Shown here: piece after piece, positions 22,585 through 36,578 of the stretch
How positions within the stretch are numbered: position 1 is the stretch's first letter
Layout: the number at the start of each line of letters is the position of its first letter
Assembly (NCBI RefSeq): GCF_002854065.1
Contig: NZ_CP024147.1
Reading direction: 5' to 3' (one strand)
Origin: Escherichia coli
GTDB taxonomy: Bacteria; Pseudomonadota; Gammaproteobacteria; Enterobacterales; Enterobacteriaceae
DNA: 64,000 nucleotides
The notes under the pieces: model-generated
The model's database searches: none
What the model was told of the DNA's origin: nothing
Seen by the model: only the letters and a program-made list of their open reading frames with translations
Made by a program: the position numbers and the translations under genes

Positions 22585-23298
22585 ATGTTATTTGCATGGA
22601 TAACCGATCCTAACGCCTGGCTTGCGCTCGGTACGCTGACGCTGCTGGAGATCGTTCTTGGGATCGACAATATTATTTTCCTTTCTCTGGTGGTGGCAAA
22701 GCTTCCCACAGCACAACGTGCTCATGCGCGCCGTCTGGGGTTGGCGGGAGCCATGGTTATGCGTCTGGCGCTGCTGGCATCAATCGCCTGGGTTACGCGC
22801 CTGACAAATCCGCTTTTTACAATATTCAGTCAGGAAATTTCTGCCCGTGACTTGATTCTGCTTCTGGGTGGCTTGTTCCTTATCTGGAAAGCCAGCAAGG
22901 AAATCCACGAATCCATTGAAGGTGAAGAAGAAGGGCTGAAAACACGCGTTTCATCATTCCTCGGCGCTATCGTGCAGATTATGCTGCTGGATATTATCTT
23001 CAGCCTCGACTCGGTGATTACCGCTGTGGGTCTGTCAGATCACCTGTTTATTATGATGGCCGCCGTGGTGATTGCCGTAGGCGTGATGATGTTCGCCGCG
23101 CGCTCGATTGGTGATTTTGTCGAACGCCATCCTTCGGTAAAAATGCTGGCGCTCTCTTTCCTGATTCTGGTGGGCTTTACCCTGATTCTGGAAAGTTTCG
23201 ACATCCACGTACCGAAAGGTTACATCTACTTCGCGATGTTCTTCTCTATTGCGGTTGAAAGCCTCAACCTGATTCGCAACAAAAAGAATCCGCTCTGA
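22585..23298 (+). CDS. ygdQ: TerC-family inner membrane protein
   Basis: 237-aa multi-span hydrophobic ORF ([37 protein letters not shown]). Confidence 0.88.
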
Positions 23299-23435
23299 TA
23301 CTCCGTACGCTCTCCTGCGGGAGGGCGTACTCACTCCTGTTACCCTCACAGTTTAAGATTTTCCTGCTTTCAAGATATATAACGTCGGTTTATAAACAGA
23401 CTATTATCATAGGTGGGCCAAATGAGGATAACCGG

Positions 23436-23654
23436 ATGAAAAAATGGGCAGTAATAATTTCTGCAGTCGGACTGGCGTTTGCTGTTTCCGGGTGTTCCAG
23501 TGATTACGTCATGGCGACCAAAGATGGCCGTATGATTTTGACCGATGGAAAACCTGAAATTGATGATGATACCGGGCTGGTGAGTTATCACGATCAGCAA
23601 GGTAACGCGATGCAAATTAACCGTGATGATGTTTCGCAAATAATTGAACGTTAA
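23436..23654 (+). CDS. ygdR: Small lipoprotein YgdR
   Basis: 72-aa ORF; lipoprotein signal [20 protein letters not shown] with lipobox VSGC. Confidence 0.85.
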
Positions 23655-23761
23655 CAAATAAGGTCAGCATCCGGCTGGCCTTAAGATTTTTCTCTTTCCC
23701 TTTTCCCTTCCCTCTGCCATTTTTATATTCCTTATGTCGTGATTATAAAAAGGAAACGGCT

Positions 23762-24802
23762 ATGCAATATCACCGTATACCCCACAGTTCGCTGGAAGTC
23801 AGCACGCTGGGGCTTGGCACGATGACGTTTGGTGAACAGAACAGCGAAGCCGACGCCCACGCACAACTCGACTATGCCGTCGCTCAGGGCATTAACCTTA
23901 TCGACGTTGCCGAAATGTACCCAGTACCTCCGCGCCCCGAAACGCAAGGGTTAACCGAAACCTACGTCGGCAACTGGCTGGCGAAACATGGCAGCCGCGA
24001 AAAGTTAATTATCGCCTCCAAAGTGAGCGGACCGTCGCGCAATAATGACAAGGGCATCCGCCCGGATCAGGCGCTGGATCGGAAGAATATCCGCGAAGCG
24101 CTGCATGACAGCCTCAAGCGTCTGCAGACTGATTACCTCGATCTTTATCAGGTGCACTGGCCGCAGCGCCCAACCAACTGCTTCGGCAAACTCGGTTATA
24201 GCTGGACAGATTCTGCGCCTGCGGTTTCGCTGCTGGATACGCTGGACGCACTGGCAGAGTACCAACGAGCGGGAAAAATTCGTTATATCGGCGTGTCGAA
24301 CGAAACTGCATTTGGCGTAATGCGCTACCTGCATCTGGCGGACAAACACGATCTGCCGCGTATTGTCACCATTCAGAACCCCTACAGTCTGTTAAACCGC
24401 AGTTTTGAAGTAGGTCTGGCAGAAGTCAGCCAGTATGAAGGGGTCGAACTGCTGGCCTATTCGTGCCTAGGTTTCGGCACGCTGACCGGGAAATATCTCA
24501 ACGGTGCAAAACCCGCTGGCGCACGTAATACGCTCTTTAGTCGGTTCACCCGCTATAGCGGTGAGCAAACGCAAAAAGCCGTCGCGGCGTGTGTTGATAT
24601 TGCCAGACGTCATGGACTGGATCCTGCTCAGATGGCGCTCGCTTTTGTACGCCGTCAACCGTTTGTTGCCAGCACTCTGCTGGGCGCAACCACGATGGAG
24701 CAGCTGAAAACTAACGTCGAAAGTTTGCATCTGGAGTTGAGCGAAGAAGTTTTAGCTGAAATTGAAGCGGTGCATCAGGTTTATACTTATCCTGCACCAT
24801 AA
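23762..24802 (+). CDS. tas: Aldo-keto reductase Tas
   Basis: 346-aa ORF starting MQYHRIPHSSLEVSTLGLGTMTFGEQNSEADAHAQLDYAVAQGINLIDVAEMY. Confidence 0.93.
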   Translation: MQYHRIPHSSLEVSTLGLGTMTFGEQNSEADAHAQLDYAVAQGINLIDVAEMYPVPPRPETQGLTETYVGNWLAKHGSREKLIIASKVSGPSRNNDKGIRPDQALDRKNIREALHDSLKRLQTDYLDLYQVHWPQRPTNCFGKLGYSWTDSAPAVSLLDTLDALAEYQRAGKIRYIGVSNETAFGVMRYLHLADKHDLPRIVTIQNPYSLLNRSFEVGLAEVSQYEGVELLAYSCLGFGTLTGKYLNGAKPAGARNTLFSRFTRYSGEQTQKAVAACVDIARRHGLDPAQMALAFVRRQPFVASTLLGATTMEQLKTNVESLHLELSEEVLAEIEAVHQVYTYPAP

Positions 24803-24804
24803 GA

Positions 24805-24830
24805 TTAACGCCGGTTAAAACCGGCGTTAA
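24805..24830. terminator. Perfect palindrome between convergent tas and lplT (probable bidirectional terminator)
   Basis: ttaacgccggttaaaaccggcgttaa in the 31-bp gap between two convergent stops. Confidence 0.5.
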
Positions 24831-24833
24831 ATA

Positions 24834-28200
<3,367 letters not shown>

Positions 28201-28266
28201 TCAGTAAAAGCGAATGGAGGGAGATTACACGAGATAAAGAACGCGAGCGACAGTAAATTAGGTGCG

Positions 28267-28354
28267 AAAAAAAACCTGCGCATCCGCGCAGGTTGGTGCA
28301 AGAGACAGGGTACGAAGAGCGTACCGAATAATCTCACCAATCAATACCTCTGGG
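28267..28354 (-). ncRNA. omrA: OmrA small regulatory RNA
   Basis: Minus strand reads CCCAGAGGTATTGATTGGTGAGATTATTCGGTACGCTCTTCGTACCCTGTCTCTTGCACCAACCTGCGCGGATGCGCAGG followed by a U-run; GC-rich terminator hairpin; aas–galR intergenic location. Confidence 0.85.
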
Positions 28355-28469
28355 ATCTTGATTGTGGTCTGCACGACGACTCTTCGCCAGCGAGAAAACG
28401 CAAAGGAATGAAGGGAAATGCAACGAGGTGTGTAAATTGTCGGTTACTGTTACAGTTTGATGACCGGCA

Positions 28470-28551
28470 AAAAAAAACCTGCGCATCTGCGCAGGCTGGT
28501 GTAATTCATGTGCTCAACCCGAAGTTGACTTCACCTATCAATACCTCTGGG
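28470..28551 (-). ncRNA. omrB: OmrB small regulatory RNA
   Basis: Minus strand reads CCCAGAGGTATTGATAGGTGAAGTCAACTTCGGGTTGAGCACATGAATTACACCAGCCTGCGCAGATGCGCAGG followed by a U-run; shares 5' and 3' ends with OmrA. Confidence 0.85.
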
Positions 28552-28764
28552 ATCACCACTTTAGCAACCTGAAGCCAAACGCCACCAGCGGTCAATCGCA
28601 ACAGCGTTTCGCAAAGTGTAACCAAAGGTTTGCAATCTCTTTTTTTGTCTTACTTATTTGCGTTTGGCTCACATTCCCACGATGAAAACACGCCGCCCCT
28701 TGAACCAACGGGCGTTTTCCGTAACACTGAAAGAATGTAAGCGTTTACCCACTAAGGTATTTTC

Positions 28765-29796
28765 ATGGCGACCATAAAGGATGTAGCCCGACTGGCAGGC
28801 GTTTCAGTCGCCACCGTTTCCCGCGTCATTAATAATTCACCCAAAGCCAGCGAAGCGTCCCGGCTGGCTGTGCATAGTGCAATGGAGTCTCTTAGCTATC
28901 ACCCGAACGCCAACGCCCGTGCGCTGGCGCAGCAGACCACTGAAACGGTCGGTCTGGTCGTTGGTGATGTTTCCGATCCGTTTTTCGGTGCAATGGTGAA
29001 AGCGGTCGAACAGGTGGCTTATCACACCGGTAATTTCTTATTGATTGGCAACGGTTACCACAACGAACAAAAAGAGCGTCAGGCTATTGAGCAACTGATC
29101 CGCCATCGCTGTGCTGCGTTGGTCGTCCATGCCAAAATGATCCCAGATGCTGATTTAGCCTCATTAATGAAACAAATGCCCGGTATGGTGCTGATCAACC
29201 GTATCCTGCCTGGCTTTGAAAACCGTTGTATTGCTCTGGACGATCGTTACGGTGCCTGGCTGGCAACGCGTCATTTAATTCAGCAAGGTCATACCCGCAT
29301 TGGTTATCTGTGCTCTAACCACTCTATTTCTGACGCCGAAGATCGTCTGCAAGGGTATTACGATGCCCTTGCTGAAAGTGGTATTCCGGCCAATGACCGG
29401 CTCGTGACATTTGGCGAACCAGACGAAAGCGGCGGCGAACAGGCAATGACCGAGCTTTTGGGACGAGGAAGAAATTTCACTGCGGTAGCCTGTTATAACG
29501 ATTCAATGGCGGCGGGTGCGATGGGCGTGCTCAATGATAATGGTATTGATGTACCAGGTGAGATTTCGTTAATTGGCTTTGATGATGTGCTGGTGTCACG
29601 CTATGTGCGACCGCGCCTGACTACCGTGCGTTATCCAATCGTGACGATGGCGACCCAGGCTGCCGAACTGGCTTTGGCGCTGGCGGATAATCGCCCTCTC
29701 CCGGAAATTACTAATGTATTTAGTCCGACGCTGGTACGTCGCCATTCAGTGTCAACTCCGTCGCTGGAGGCCAGTCATCATGCAACCAGCGACTAA
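28765..29796 (+). CDS. galR: Galactose operon repressor (LacI family)
   Basis: 343-aa ORF starting MATIKDVARLAGVSVATVSRVINNSPKASEASRLAVHSAMESLSYHPNANARALAQQ (LacI-type HTH). Confidence 0.95.
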   Translation: MATIKDVARLAGVSVATVSRVINNSPKASEASRLAVHSAMESLSYHPNANARALAQQTTETVGLVVGDVSDPFFGAMVKAVEQVAYHTGNFLLIGNGYHNEQKERQAIEQLIRHRCAALVVHAKMIPDADLASLMKQMPGMVLINRILPGFENRCIALDDRYGAWLATRHLIQQGHTRIGYLCSNHSISDAEDRLQGYYDALAESGIPANDRLVTFGEPDESGGEQAMTELLGRGRNFTAVACYNDSMAAGAMGVLNDNGIDVPGEISLIGFDDVLVSRYVRPRLTTVRYPIVTMATQAAELALALADNRPLPEITNVFSPTLVRRHSVSTPSLEASHHATSD

Positions 29797-29802
29797 CCGC
29801 AG

Positions 29803-31065
29803 TTAAAGCAATTCCAGCGCCAGTAATTCTTCGATGGTCTGGCGACGGCGAATCAACCGCGCCTGACCATTATCAAACAGAACTTCTGGTAACAGCGGAC
29901 GGCTGTTGTAGTTGGATGACATTGATGCGCCATATGCCCCTGTATCATGCAGTACCAGATAATCACCCGCCTTCACTTCCGGCAAGGCGCGGGTTTCAAC
30001 ATTTCCCCCTTCCTGCTGGGTAAAGACATCGCCCGATTCACATAACGGCCCGGCGACGACGGTTTCCACCGTTGGCGCGTGTTCCAGAGAACGACCATCA
30101 GCTGCCAGGGCACTGATATGGTGGTAACTACCGTACATTGCCGGGCGCATCAGATCGTTGAACCCGGCATCAACCAGCACAAAGTGGCGGCTACCCATTT
30201 GTTTGACGCTCCGCACCTGAGTAATTAACACGCCAGACTGCGCTACCAGAAAGCGACCCGGTTCAATTTCCAGTTTCACAGGGTGGCCCAAATGGCTGGC
30301 GATTTGCTCACGCGCGGCATTCCACAGACCATAATAATGCTCGGTATCAACCGCCTCTTCACCCTGTTGATAAGGAATAGAAAGCCCACCGCCTGCAGAA
30401 ATAGCCTGTAAATCCTGACCGAATTCGATGACCTGACGTACCATAGCACCACACACCTGTTCCAGATGGGCATAATCAACGCCAGAACCAATGTGCATGT
30501 GAATGCCGACCAGCTGCAGATGATGACGTTGTATCACGTCCAGTGCGGCGGGCAGATCGGTGTACCAGATACCGTGCTTGCTGTTTTCGCCACCGGTATT
30601 GGTTTTTTGGCTATGTCCGTGACCAAACCCCGGGTTAACGCGCAGCCATACCCGATGCCCTGGCGAAACCTGGCCCAGTTGGTCGAGCATATCAACAGAA
30701 CCCGCATTCACCGGAATTTGCAATTCACTGACGCGTTCAAGCGTCGCCTGATCGATAACATCTGCCGTAAAAACAATATCATCGGGGTGCGTTTGCGGAT
30801 TGTAACCCGCCGCCAACGCACGCTCTATTTCGCCTAACGAGACGGAATCCACTTTCACGCCCTGCTCACGCATTAAGCGCAAAATATGAATATTGGAACA
30901 GGCTTTCTGTGCAAAGCGCACCACATCAAACTGTTTCAGCGCTGCAATCTGCCCACGAATAATTTGCGCATCGTAGACCCACACCGGGCAGCCAAATTCT
31001 GCGGGCAAACGCAGCAGATTTTCGGCGGTGAGATCGGTATCGGTGCTGAACAGTGAATGTGGCAT
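29803..31065 (-). CDS. lysA: Diaminopimelate decarboxylase
   Basis: 420-aa ORF starting MPHSLFSTDTDLTAENLLRLPAEFGCPVWVYDAQIIRGQIAALKQFD; divergent from lysR. Confidence 0.95.
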   Translation of the reverse strand: MPHSLFSTDTDLTAENLLRLPAEFGCPVWVYDAQIIRGQIAALKQFDVVRFAQKACSNIHILRLMREQGVKVDSVSLGEIERALAAGYNPQTHPDDIVFTADVIDQATLERVSELQIPVNAGSVDMLDQLGQVSPGHRVWLRVNPGFGHGHSQKTNTGGENSKHGIWYTDLPAALDVIQRHHLQLVGIHMHIGSGVDYAHLEQVCGAMVRQVIEFGQDLQAISAGGGLSIPYQQGEEAVDTEHYYGLWNAAREQIASHLGHPVKLEIEPGRFLVAQSGVLITQVRSVKQMGSRHFVLVDAGFNDLMRPAMYGSYHHISALAADGRSLEHAPTVETVVAGPLCESGDVFTQQEGGNVETRALPEVKAGDYLVLHDTGAYGASMSSNYNSRPLLPEVLFDNGQARLIRRRQTIEELLALELL

Positions 31066-31188
31066 AGCAAACTCCAGATAAGTGCTTTTTTTTATGATTA
31101 CGCCACATCATAAAAAGAATAAAAAATATCGATTTATGTCGAGTCTATGCAAAAATGATATGGATTACCGGATTGCGAGAGAGCGCTA

Positions 31189-32124
31189 ATGGCCGCCGTT
31201 AACTTACGTCATATTGAAATTTTTCATGCGGTAATGACCGCCGGAAGCCTGACTGAGGCAGCACAACTGCTACACACCTCACAGCCAACCGTCAGCCGCG
31301 AACTGGCGCGCTTTGAGAAGGTGATCGGGCTGAAATTGTTTGAGCGCGTACGTGGACGATTACATCCTACCGTGCAAGGACTGCGTCTGTTTGAAGAAGT
31401 GCAACGATCCTGGTACGGACTGGATCGCATTGTCAGCGCCGCAGAAAGTCTGCGCGAGTTTCGCCAGGGAGAACTGTCTATTGCCTGCCTGCCGGTCTTT
31501 TCGCAATCTTTTTTACCGCAGCTCCTGCAACCCTTTCTGGCACGTTATCCCGATGTCAGCTTAAATATCGTGCCCCAGGAATCACCGCTACTTGAAGAGT
31601 GGCTCTCGGCCCAGCGTCATGATTTAGGACTCACTGAGACACTCCATACGCCTGCGGGAACAGAACGTACCGAATTACTCTCTTTAGATGAAGTGTGTGT
31701 GTTACCTCCGGGTCATCCGCTGGCGATAAAAAAGGTATTAACGCCGGATGATTTTCAGGGTGAGAACTACATCAGCCTTTCCCGTACTGACAGCTATCGC
31801 CAGTTGCTGGATCAGCTATTTACTGAACATCAGGTTAAACGACGCATGATCGTAGAAACCCACAGCGCCGCGTCAGTCTGCGCAATGGTACGGGCGGGGG
31901 TAGGTGTTTCGGTGGTTAACCCGCTCACCGCACTGGATTATGCGGTAAGCGGTTTAGTGGTGCGGCGGTTCAGTATTGCGGTTCCGTTCACCGTCAGCCT
32001 GATCCGCCCCCTGCACCGCCCGTCATCAGCGCTGGTGCAGGCGTTTAGTGAGCATTTACAAGCAGGATTACCGAAACTGGTCACTTCTCTTGACGCTATT
32101 TTGTCGTCAGCTACGACAGCATAA
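31189..32124 (+). CDS. lysR: LysR-type transcriptional activator of lysA
   Basis: 311-aa ORF starting [54 protein letters not shown] (LTTR HTH). Confidence 0.95.
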   Translation: MAAVNLRHIEIFHAVMTAGSLTEAAQLLHTSQPTVSRELARFEKVIGLKLFERVRGRLHPTVQGLRLFEEVQRSWYGLDRIVSAAESLREFRQGELSIACLPVFSQSFLPQLLQPFLARYPDVSLNIVPQESPLLEEWLSAQRHDLGLTETLHTPAGTERTELLSLDEVCVLPPGHPLAIKKVLTPDDFQGENYISLSRTDSYRQLLDQLFTEHQVKRRMIVETHSAASVCAMVRAGVGVSVVNPLTALDYAVSGLVVRRFSIAVPFTVSLIRPLHRPSSALVQAFSEHLQAGLPKLVTSLDAILSSATTA

Positions 32125-32803
32125 AAGCGACAGCATCCTCGGCATGGATCGCCGCAGTATCAAACACAGGCAAAACACTGCGCTTTTCTGGCACCAGTAA
32201 ACCAATTTCTGTGCAGCCCAAAATGACGCCCTGTGCGCCCTGTTCTGCAAGGCGAGCAATCACTTGCGCATAATAAGCGCGTGACGCTTCGGTAAATTGC
32301 CCCAGACACAGTTCTTCAAAAATAATCTGATTAATCTTCGCCCGTTCATCCGCTTCAGGAATAAGACAATTGATGGAAAATTGTTCCGTCAGCCGCCCGC
32401 GATAAAAATCCTGTTCCATGGTGTAACGCGTACCCAGCAGCGCCACACGAGTCATTCCGGCCCCGGTAATTGCACGTCCGGTGGCATCCGCAATGTGTAA
32501 GAAAGGCAGAGAGCAACGAGACTCTATAGCATCCGCCACTTTGTGCATCGTATTGGTACATAACACAATGCCTTCTGCGCCCGCCCGCTGTAAGCCAAGC
32601 GCCGCCTCAGCCAGAATATCCCCGGTTTTGTCCCACTCACCGCGACGCTGGCACTCTTCTATTTCATGAAAATCGACGCTATGTAGCAGCACTTGCGCAG
32701 AGTGAAGCCCACCAAGCCGCTGTTTAATGCCTTCATTTATCAAACGATAGTAAGGAATAGTGGATTCCCAGCTCATTCCTCCCAGCAAACCAATTGTTTT
32801 CAT
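32111..32803 (-). CDS. ygeA: Asp/Glu/hydantoin-racemase family amino-acid racemase
   Basis: Internal ATG at 32803 gives 230 aa starting [27 protein letters not shown] inside ORF 32111..33178; the upstream part of that ORF is treated as non-coding; 3' end overlaps lysR by 14 nt. Confidence 0.85.
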   Translation of the reverse strand: MKTIGLLGGMSWESTIPYYRLINEGIKQRLGGLHSAQVLLHSVDFHEIEECQRRGEWDKTGDILAEAALGLQRAGAEGIVLCTNTMHKVADAIESRCSLPFLHIADATGRAITGAGMTRVALLGTRYTMEQDFYRGRLTEQFSINCLIPEADERAKINQIIFEELCLGQFTEASRAYYAQVIARLAEQGAQGVILGCTEIGLLVPEKRSVLPVFDTAAIHAEDAVAFMLS

Positions 32804-32931
32804 TCCTCTCTCCTGATGTGTGTTACCGCAACAAGGCTGAATAAGGAACGAGACAAACGCCTCAACGGCCAGGTGCCCAATCTCTATTAACGAAAAAAGG
32901 GCCGGATGTACAGCACATCCGGCCCGTGAAA

Positions 32932-34350
32932 TCAGACGCCGATATTTCTCAACTTCTCGCCTGCCATCAGTTTGCGTTCGATATGTTCCAGGGTGACATT
33001 TTTGGTTTCCGGAATGAGCCAGAAAGTGATGCACACAAACGCAATGTTCAGCGCAGTGTAGAGCCAGAACGTACCGGCAGCGCCAATGCTGTCGAGCAGC
33101 GTCAGGAAGGTCGCGCCGATAATCATATTCGACACCCAGTTCGTGGTGGTCGAACAGGTAATACCGAAATCGCGGCATTTCAGCGGCTGAATTTCAGAGC
33201 ACAGGATCCACACCACTGGCGCGGCGCTCATCGCATAACCGGCAATACACATCATCGTCATGCCAACAGAGAGCCAGGACAAGCCACTGGAAGCCGTACC
33301 GTTATCAAACTGCATCAGGCAATAGCCCAGCACCAGAGTGCCTAACGCCATCACGCTGAAACCAATTTTCAGAGCCGGTTTACGACCTGCTTTATCTACC
33401 GTAAAGACCGCAATGAAGGTCGCGAACATAAAGGTCAGTCCCACGACCAGAGTCGCAATCATCTGTTGTTCTGTGGTCGTAAAGCCCGCCATTTTGAAGA
33501 TACGCGGCGCGTAGTACATGATGATGTTCATACCGGTAAACTGCTGCATCGCCTGCAACAACATACCGAGAAACACAGCACGACGGACGTTACGGTTGAT
33601 CTTAAACAGTGCCCAACCGCCCTGTTTTAACTTCAGGCTTTCACGAATTTCGTTGAGTTCTTCTCGCGCTTTTTCCGACGTATCGCGCAGCATACGCAAC
33701 ACTTCTTCCGCCTCAATATGACGCCCCTTTTCCGCTAGCCAGCGCGGGCTATTTGGCAGGAAGACCACCAGAATAATCAGCAGGACTGCTGGTAAAGCAA
33801 GAACCCCCAACATTGCGCGCCAGTTACCGCTATAACTGAACGCTGTATCGGATAAAAACGCCAGCACGATGCCGAGTGTGACCATCAACTGGTACATACT
33901 GATCATCTTACCGCGAACGTTTTCACTTGCCATTTCAGAAAGATACAGAGGAGCGGTGTAAGACGCGATCCCGACAGCAATGCCCAGCACCACACGAGCG
34001 GCGATTAACATCTCTACGCTGGTCGCAAAAGCGGACCCTATAGAACCGAGTACAAACAGGATGGCCCCCGCCATCAGGCTGTATTTACGCCCCAGGCGGA
34101 ACGACAGCCAACCATTAAACAGCGCACCAATTGCTGCACCGAGCATCATGCTACTAACCACCCATTCCTGCAAACGACTGGTCAGCACAAAGTGATCGGT
34201 AATGAACGGCAACGCTCCGGCGATTACGCCGATATCAAGACCAAATAACAATCCTGCGACCGCAGCAGCTACCGAAACAAACATATTCATACGCCGCGTA
34301 TCCCGCAAAGAACGTGGCGTTAAAGCAGATTCCGTATTGATAGTAACCAT
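32932..34350 (-). CDS. araE: Arabinose:H+ symporter (MFS sugar porter)
   Basis: 472-aa product from internal Met [49 protein letters not shown] inside ORF 32932..34404; sugar-transporter signatures. Confidence 0.95.
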   Translation of the reverse strand: MVTINTESALTPRSLRDTRRMNMFVSVAAAVAGLLFGLDIGVIAGALPFITDHFVLTSRLQEWVVSSMMLGAAIGALFNGWLSFRLGRKYSLMAGAILFVLGSIGSAFATSVEMLIAARVVLGIAVGIASYTAPLYLSEMASENVRGKMISMYQLMVTLGIVLAFLSDTAFSYSGNWRAMLGVLALPAVLLIILVVFLPNSPRWLAEKGRHIEAEEVLRMLRDTSEKAREELNEIRESLKLKQGGWALFKINRNVRRAVFLGMLLQAMQQFTGMNIIMYYAPRIFKMAGFTTTEQQMIATLVVGLTFMFATFIAVFTVDKAGRKPALKIGFSVMALGTLVLGYCLMQFDNGTASSGLSWLSVGMTMMCIAGYAMSAAPVVWILCSEIQPLKCRDFGITCSTTTNWVSNMIIGATFLTLLDSIGAAGTFWLYTALNIAFVCITFWLIPETKNVTLEHIERKLMAGEKLRNIGV

Positions 34351-34664
34351 TTTTTCCTGCCAGCAGAGAGTAAGACATAGTGAAAAAATACGTGAACAAC
34401 TCACACAGGTGTCAGGTCGGAAACAGCATAAATATGGATTAAATTGCTACGACATGTCGTTATGTGATGGATATTCCAATTTTCAAATTAAGTTGAATTA
34501 TTGAGATTATTATTAACCACCTAATTTTACAGCAGATAAAATTCATAAAGTTCATTAATTGATAATTGATATGGATTATTTCATAACCATGATATGGATT
34601 ATGATGATCTACAGATATAAAAAACCCTGCCATGCGGCAGGGTCATAAAAGTAAGAAGAATGAA

Positions 34665-35426
34665 TTAACGCGCCAGCCAACCGCCATCCACGGCAATGGT
34701 ATAACCATTCACATAATCTGAAGCGCTGGAGGCAAGGAACACTACCGGCCCCATCAGGTCACTCGGCAGTCCCCAACGGCCAGCTGGAATGCGGTCGAGG
34801 ATTTCCGCGCTACGTTGTTCATCTGCCCGTAGTTGTTGAGTATTGTTGGTCGCCATGTAACCCGGGGCTATCGCATTAACATTAATGTTGTGTTTAGCCC
34901 ATTCGTTCGCCATCAATCGCGTCACGCCCATAACACCGCTTTTTGATGCGGTATAAGAAGGCACACGGATCCCGCCCTGGAAGGAGAGCATTGACGCGAT
35001 ATTGATAATCTTGCCGCCATTGCCTTGCGCGATAAAGTGTTTCGCCGCTGCCTGAGACATGAAGAATACGCTCTTGATATTCAGGTTCATGACATCGTCC
35101 CAGTCTTTTTCGCTGAACTCGAGAGCATCTTCGCGGCGAATCAATCCGGCGTTATTCACCAGGATATCAATATGACCAAACTCAGCTACCGCGCGATCCA
35201 GCAGTGCTGGAATACCATCAATCTTTCGCAGATCGGCGGTCAGGCTTAAAAAACGACGCCCCAGCGCCGTGACCTGCTTGATGGTTTCAGTCGGTTCAAC
35301 GATGTTAATGCCAACAATGTCACAGCCCGCTTGCGCCAGCCCCAACGCCATCCCCTGGCCCAGTCCAGTATCACAACCAGTGACGACCGCAACTTTACCT
35401 TCGAGAGAAAATGCACTTAAAATCAT
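34665..35426 (-). CDS. kduD: 2-dehydro-3-deoxy-D-gluconate 5-dehydrogenase (SDR)
   Basis: 253-aa ORF MILSAFSLEGKVAVVTGCDTGLGQGMALGLAQAGCDIVG (Rossmann TGxxxGxG). Confidence 0.95.
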   Translation of the reverse strand: MILSAFSLEGKVAVVTGCDTGLGQGMALGLAQAGCDIVGINIVEPTETIKQVTALGRRFLSLTADLRKIDGIPALLDRAVAEFGHIDILVNNAGLIRREDALEFSEKDWDDVMNLNIKSVFFMSQAAAKHFIAQGNGGKIINIASMLSFQGGIRVPSYTASKSGVMGVTRLMANEWAKHNINVNAIAPGYMATNNTQQLRADEQRSAEILDRIPAGRWGLPSDLMGPVVFLASSASDYVNGYTIAVDGGWLAR

Positions 35427-35455
35427 AACAATACCTTATTCGTTTATGCCCACAA

Positions 35456-36292
35456 CTAGCGCAAATCTTTAACGGCCACATGGTCCATATCATCAAAGAC
35501 CTGGTTTTCACCGACCATGCCCCAGATAAAGGTATAAGCTTTGGTTCCGACGCCGGAATGGATCGACCAGCTCGGGGAGATCACCGCCTGCTCGTTATGC
35601 ATCACAATGTGACGCGTTTCTTGCGGCTGCCCCATCATGTGGAAAACGCAGGCGTCATCATCCATATTGAAATAGAAATAAACTTCCATCCGGCGCTCGT
35701 GAGTGTGACACGGCATGGTGTTCCACAAGTTACCTGGAGCCAGCTCCGTCAGCCCCATACTCAATTGGCAGGTTTCCAGCACATCCGGGACAAAATATTT
35801 GTTAATCGTGCGACGGTTACTGGTGAGGTTATCGCCTAACGTGACTGGAGATACTTCGTCCGGTGTGACTTTTTTGGTGGGATACGTCGTATGCGCGGGT
35901 GCGCAATTGTAATAAAACTTTGCCGGAGTGGCGGTATCAATACTGGCAAAGACAACTTCTTTTGCACCTTTACCCACATACAGGGCGTCGCGGTGACCGA
36001 TTTCATAGCATTGACCATCGACAGTAATCGTACCGGCACCGCCAATATTGATAACACCTAACTCGCGACGTTCAAGGAAATAGCTTACGCCGAGTTGTTT
36101 ACCAACTTCCCCGCCAACGGAAACCGTTTTAGTTACCGGCATAATGCCGCCAACAATAATACGGTCAATGTGGCTGTAAACCATGGTGTACTCATCGGCG
36201 ACAAATACCTTTTCAACCAAAAATTCATTGCGCAGCCCCTGGGTATCCAGTGTTTTTGCGTGCGCACTGTGGATGCTCTGTCTTACGTCCAC
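35456..36292 (-). CDS. kduI: 5-keto-4-deoxyuronate isomerase
   Basis: 278-aa ORF starting [49 protein letters not shown]; 29 nt upstream of kduD. Confidence 0.95.
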
Positions 36293-36336
36293 ATCAACCT
36301 CCGATAATCAGTGAAGCGTGAAAATAGAAAACGATA

Positions 36337-36422
36337 GTGAAACACTGTTTCGTTTTCTCTATAAGGGGATGATATGCCCATGGGATAGGGTTTTCAATTA
36401 AAAATAAAACAATGTTTCATTT
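36337..36422. promoter_or_regulatory. Two KdgR-operator-like palindromes upstream of kduI
   Basis: GTGAAACACTGTTTCG (36337..36352) and AAATAAAACAATGTTTCATTT (36402..36422) resemble the KdgR box AAATGAAACANTGTTTCATTT. Confidence 0.5.
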
Positions 36423-36578
36423 TTAAGTTAAGGATTAAAAAAAGTGCAGTGTCGATCACGAATATGTCATGAGAATAGAAAAATCAGGGAGTCCTGAAAA
36501 GGTATGTCGACTCACCAGCCATCATTATTCAACAGATTAATGACGGCAGATATTTATCGGTAAGGAGGAAATGCAGAG

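Noticed and set aside
32804-33178. Upstream extension of the ygeA ORF (355 aa as called)
   Set aside because: The racemase domain begins at MKTIGLLGG (230 aa); the extension overlaps the araE 3' end on the same strand in another frame and is most likely untranslated.
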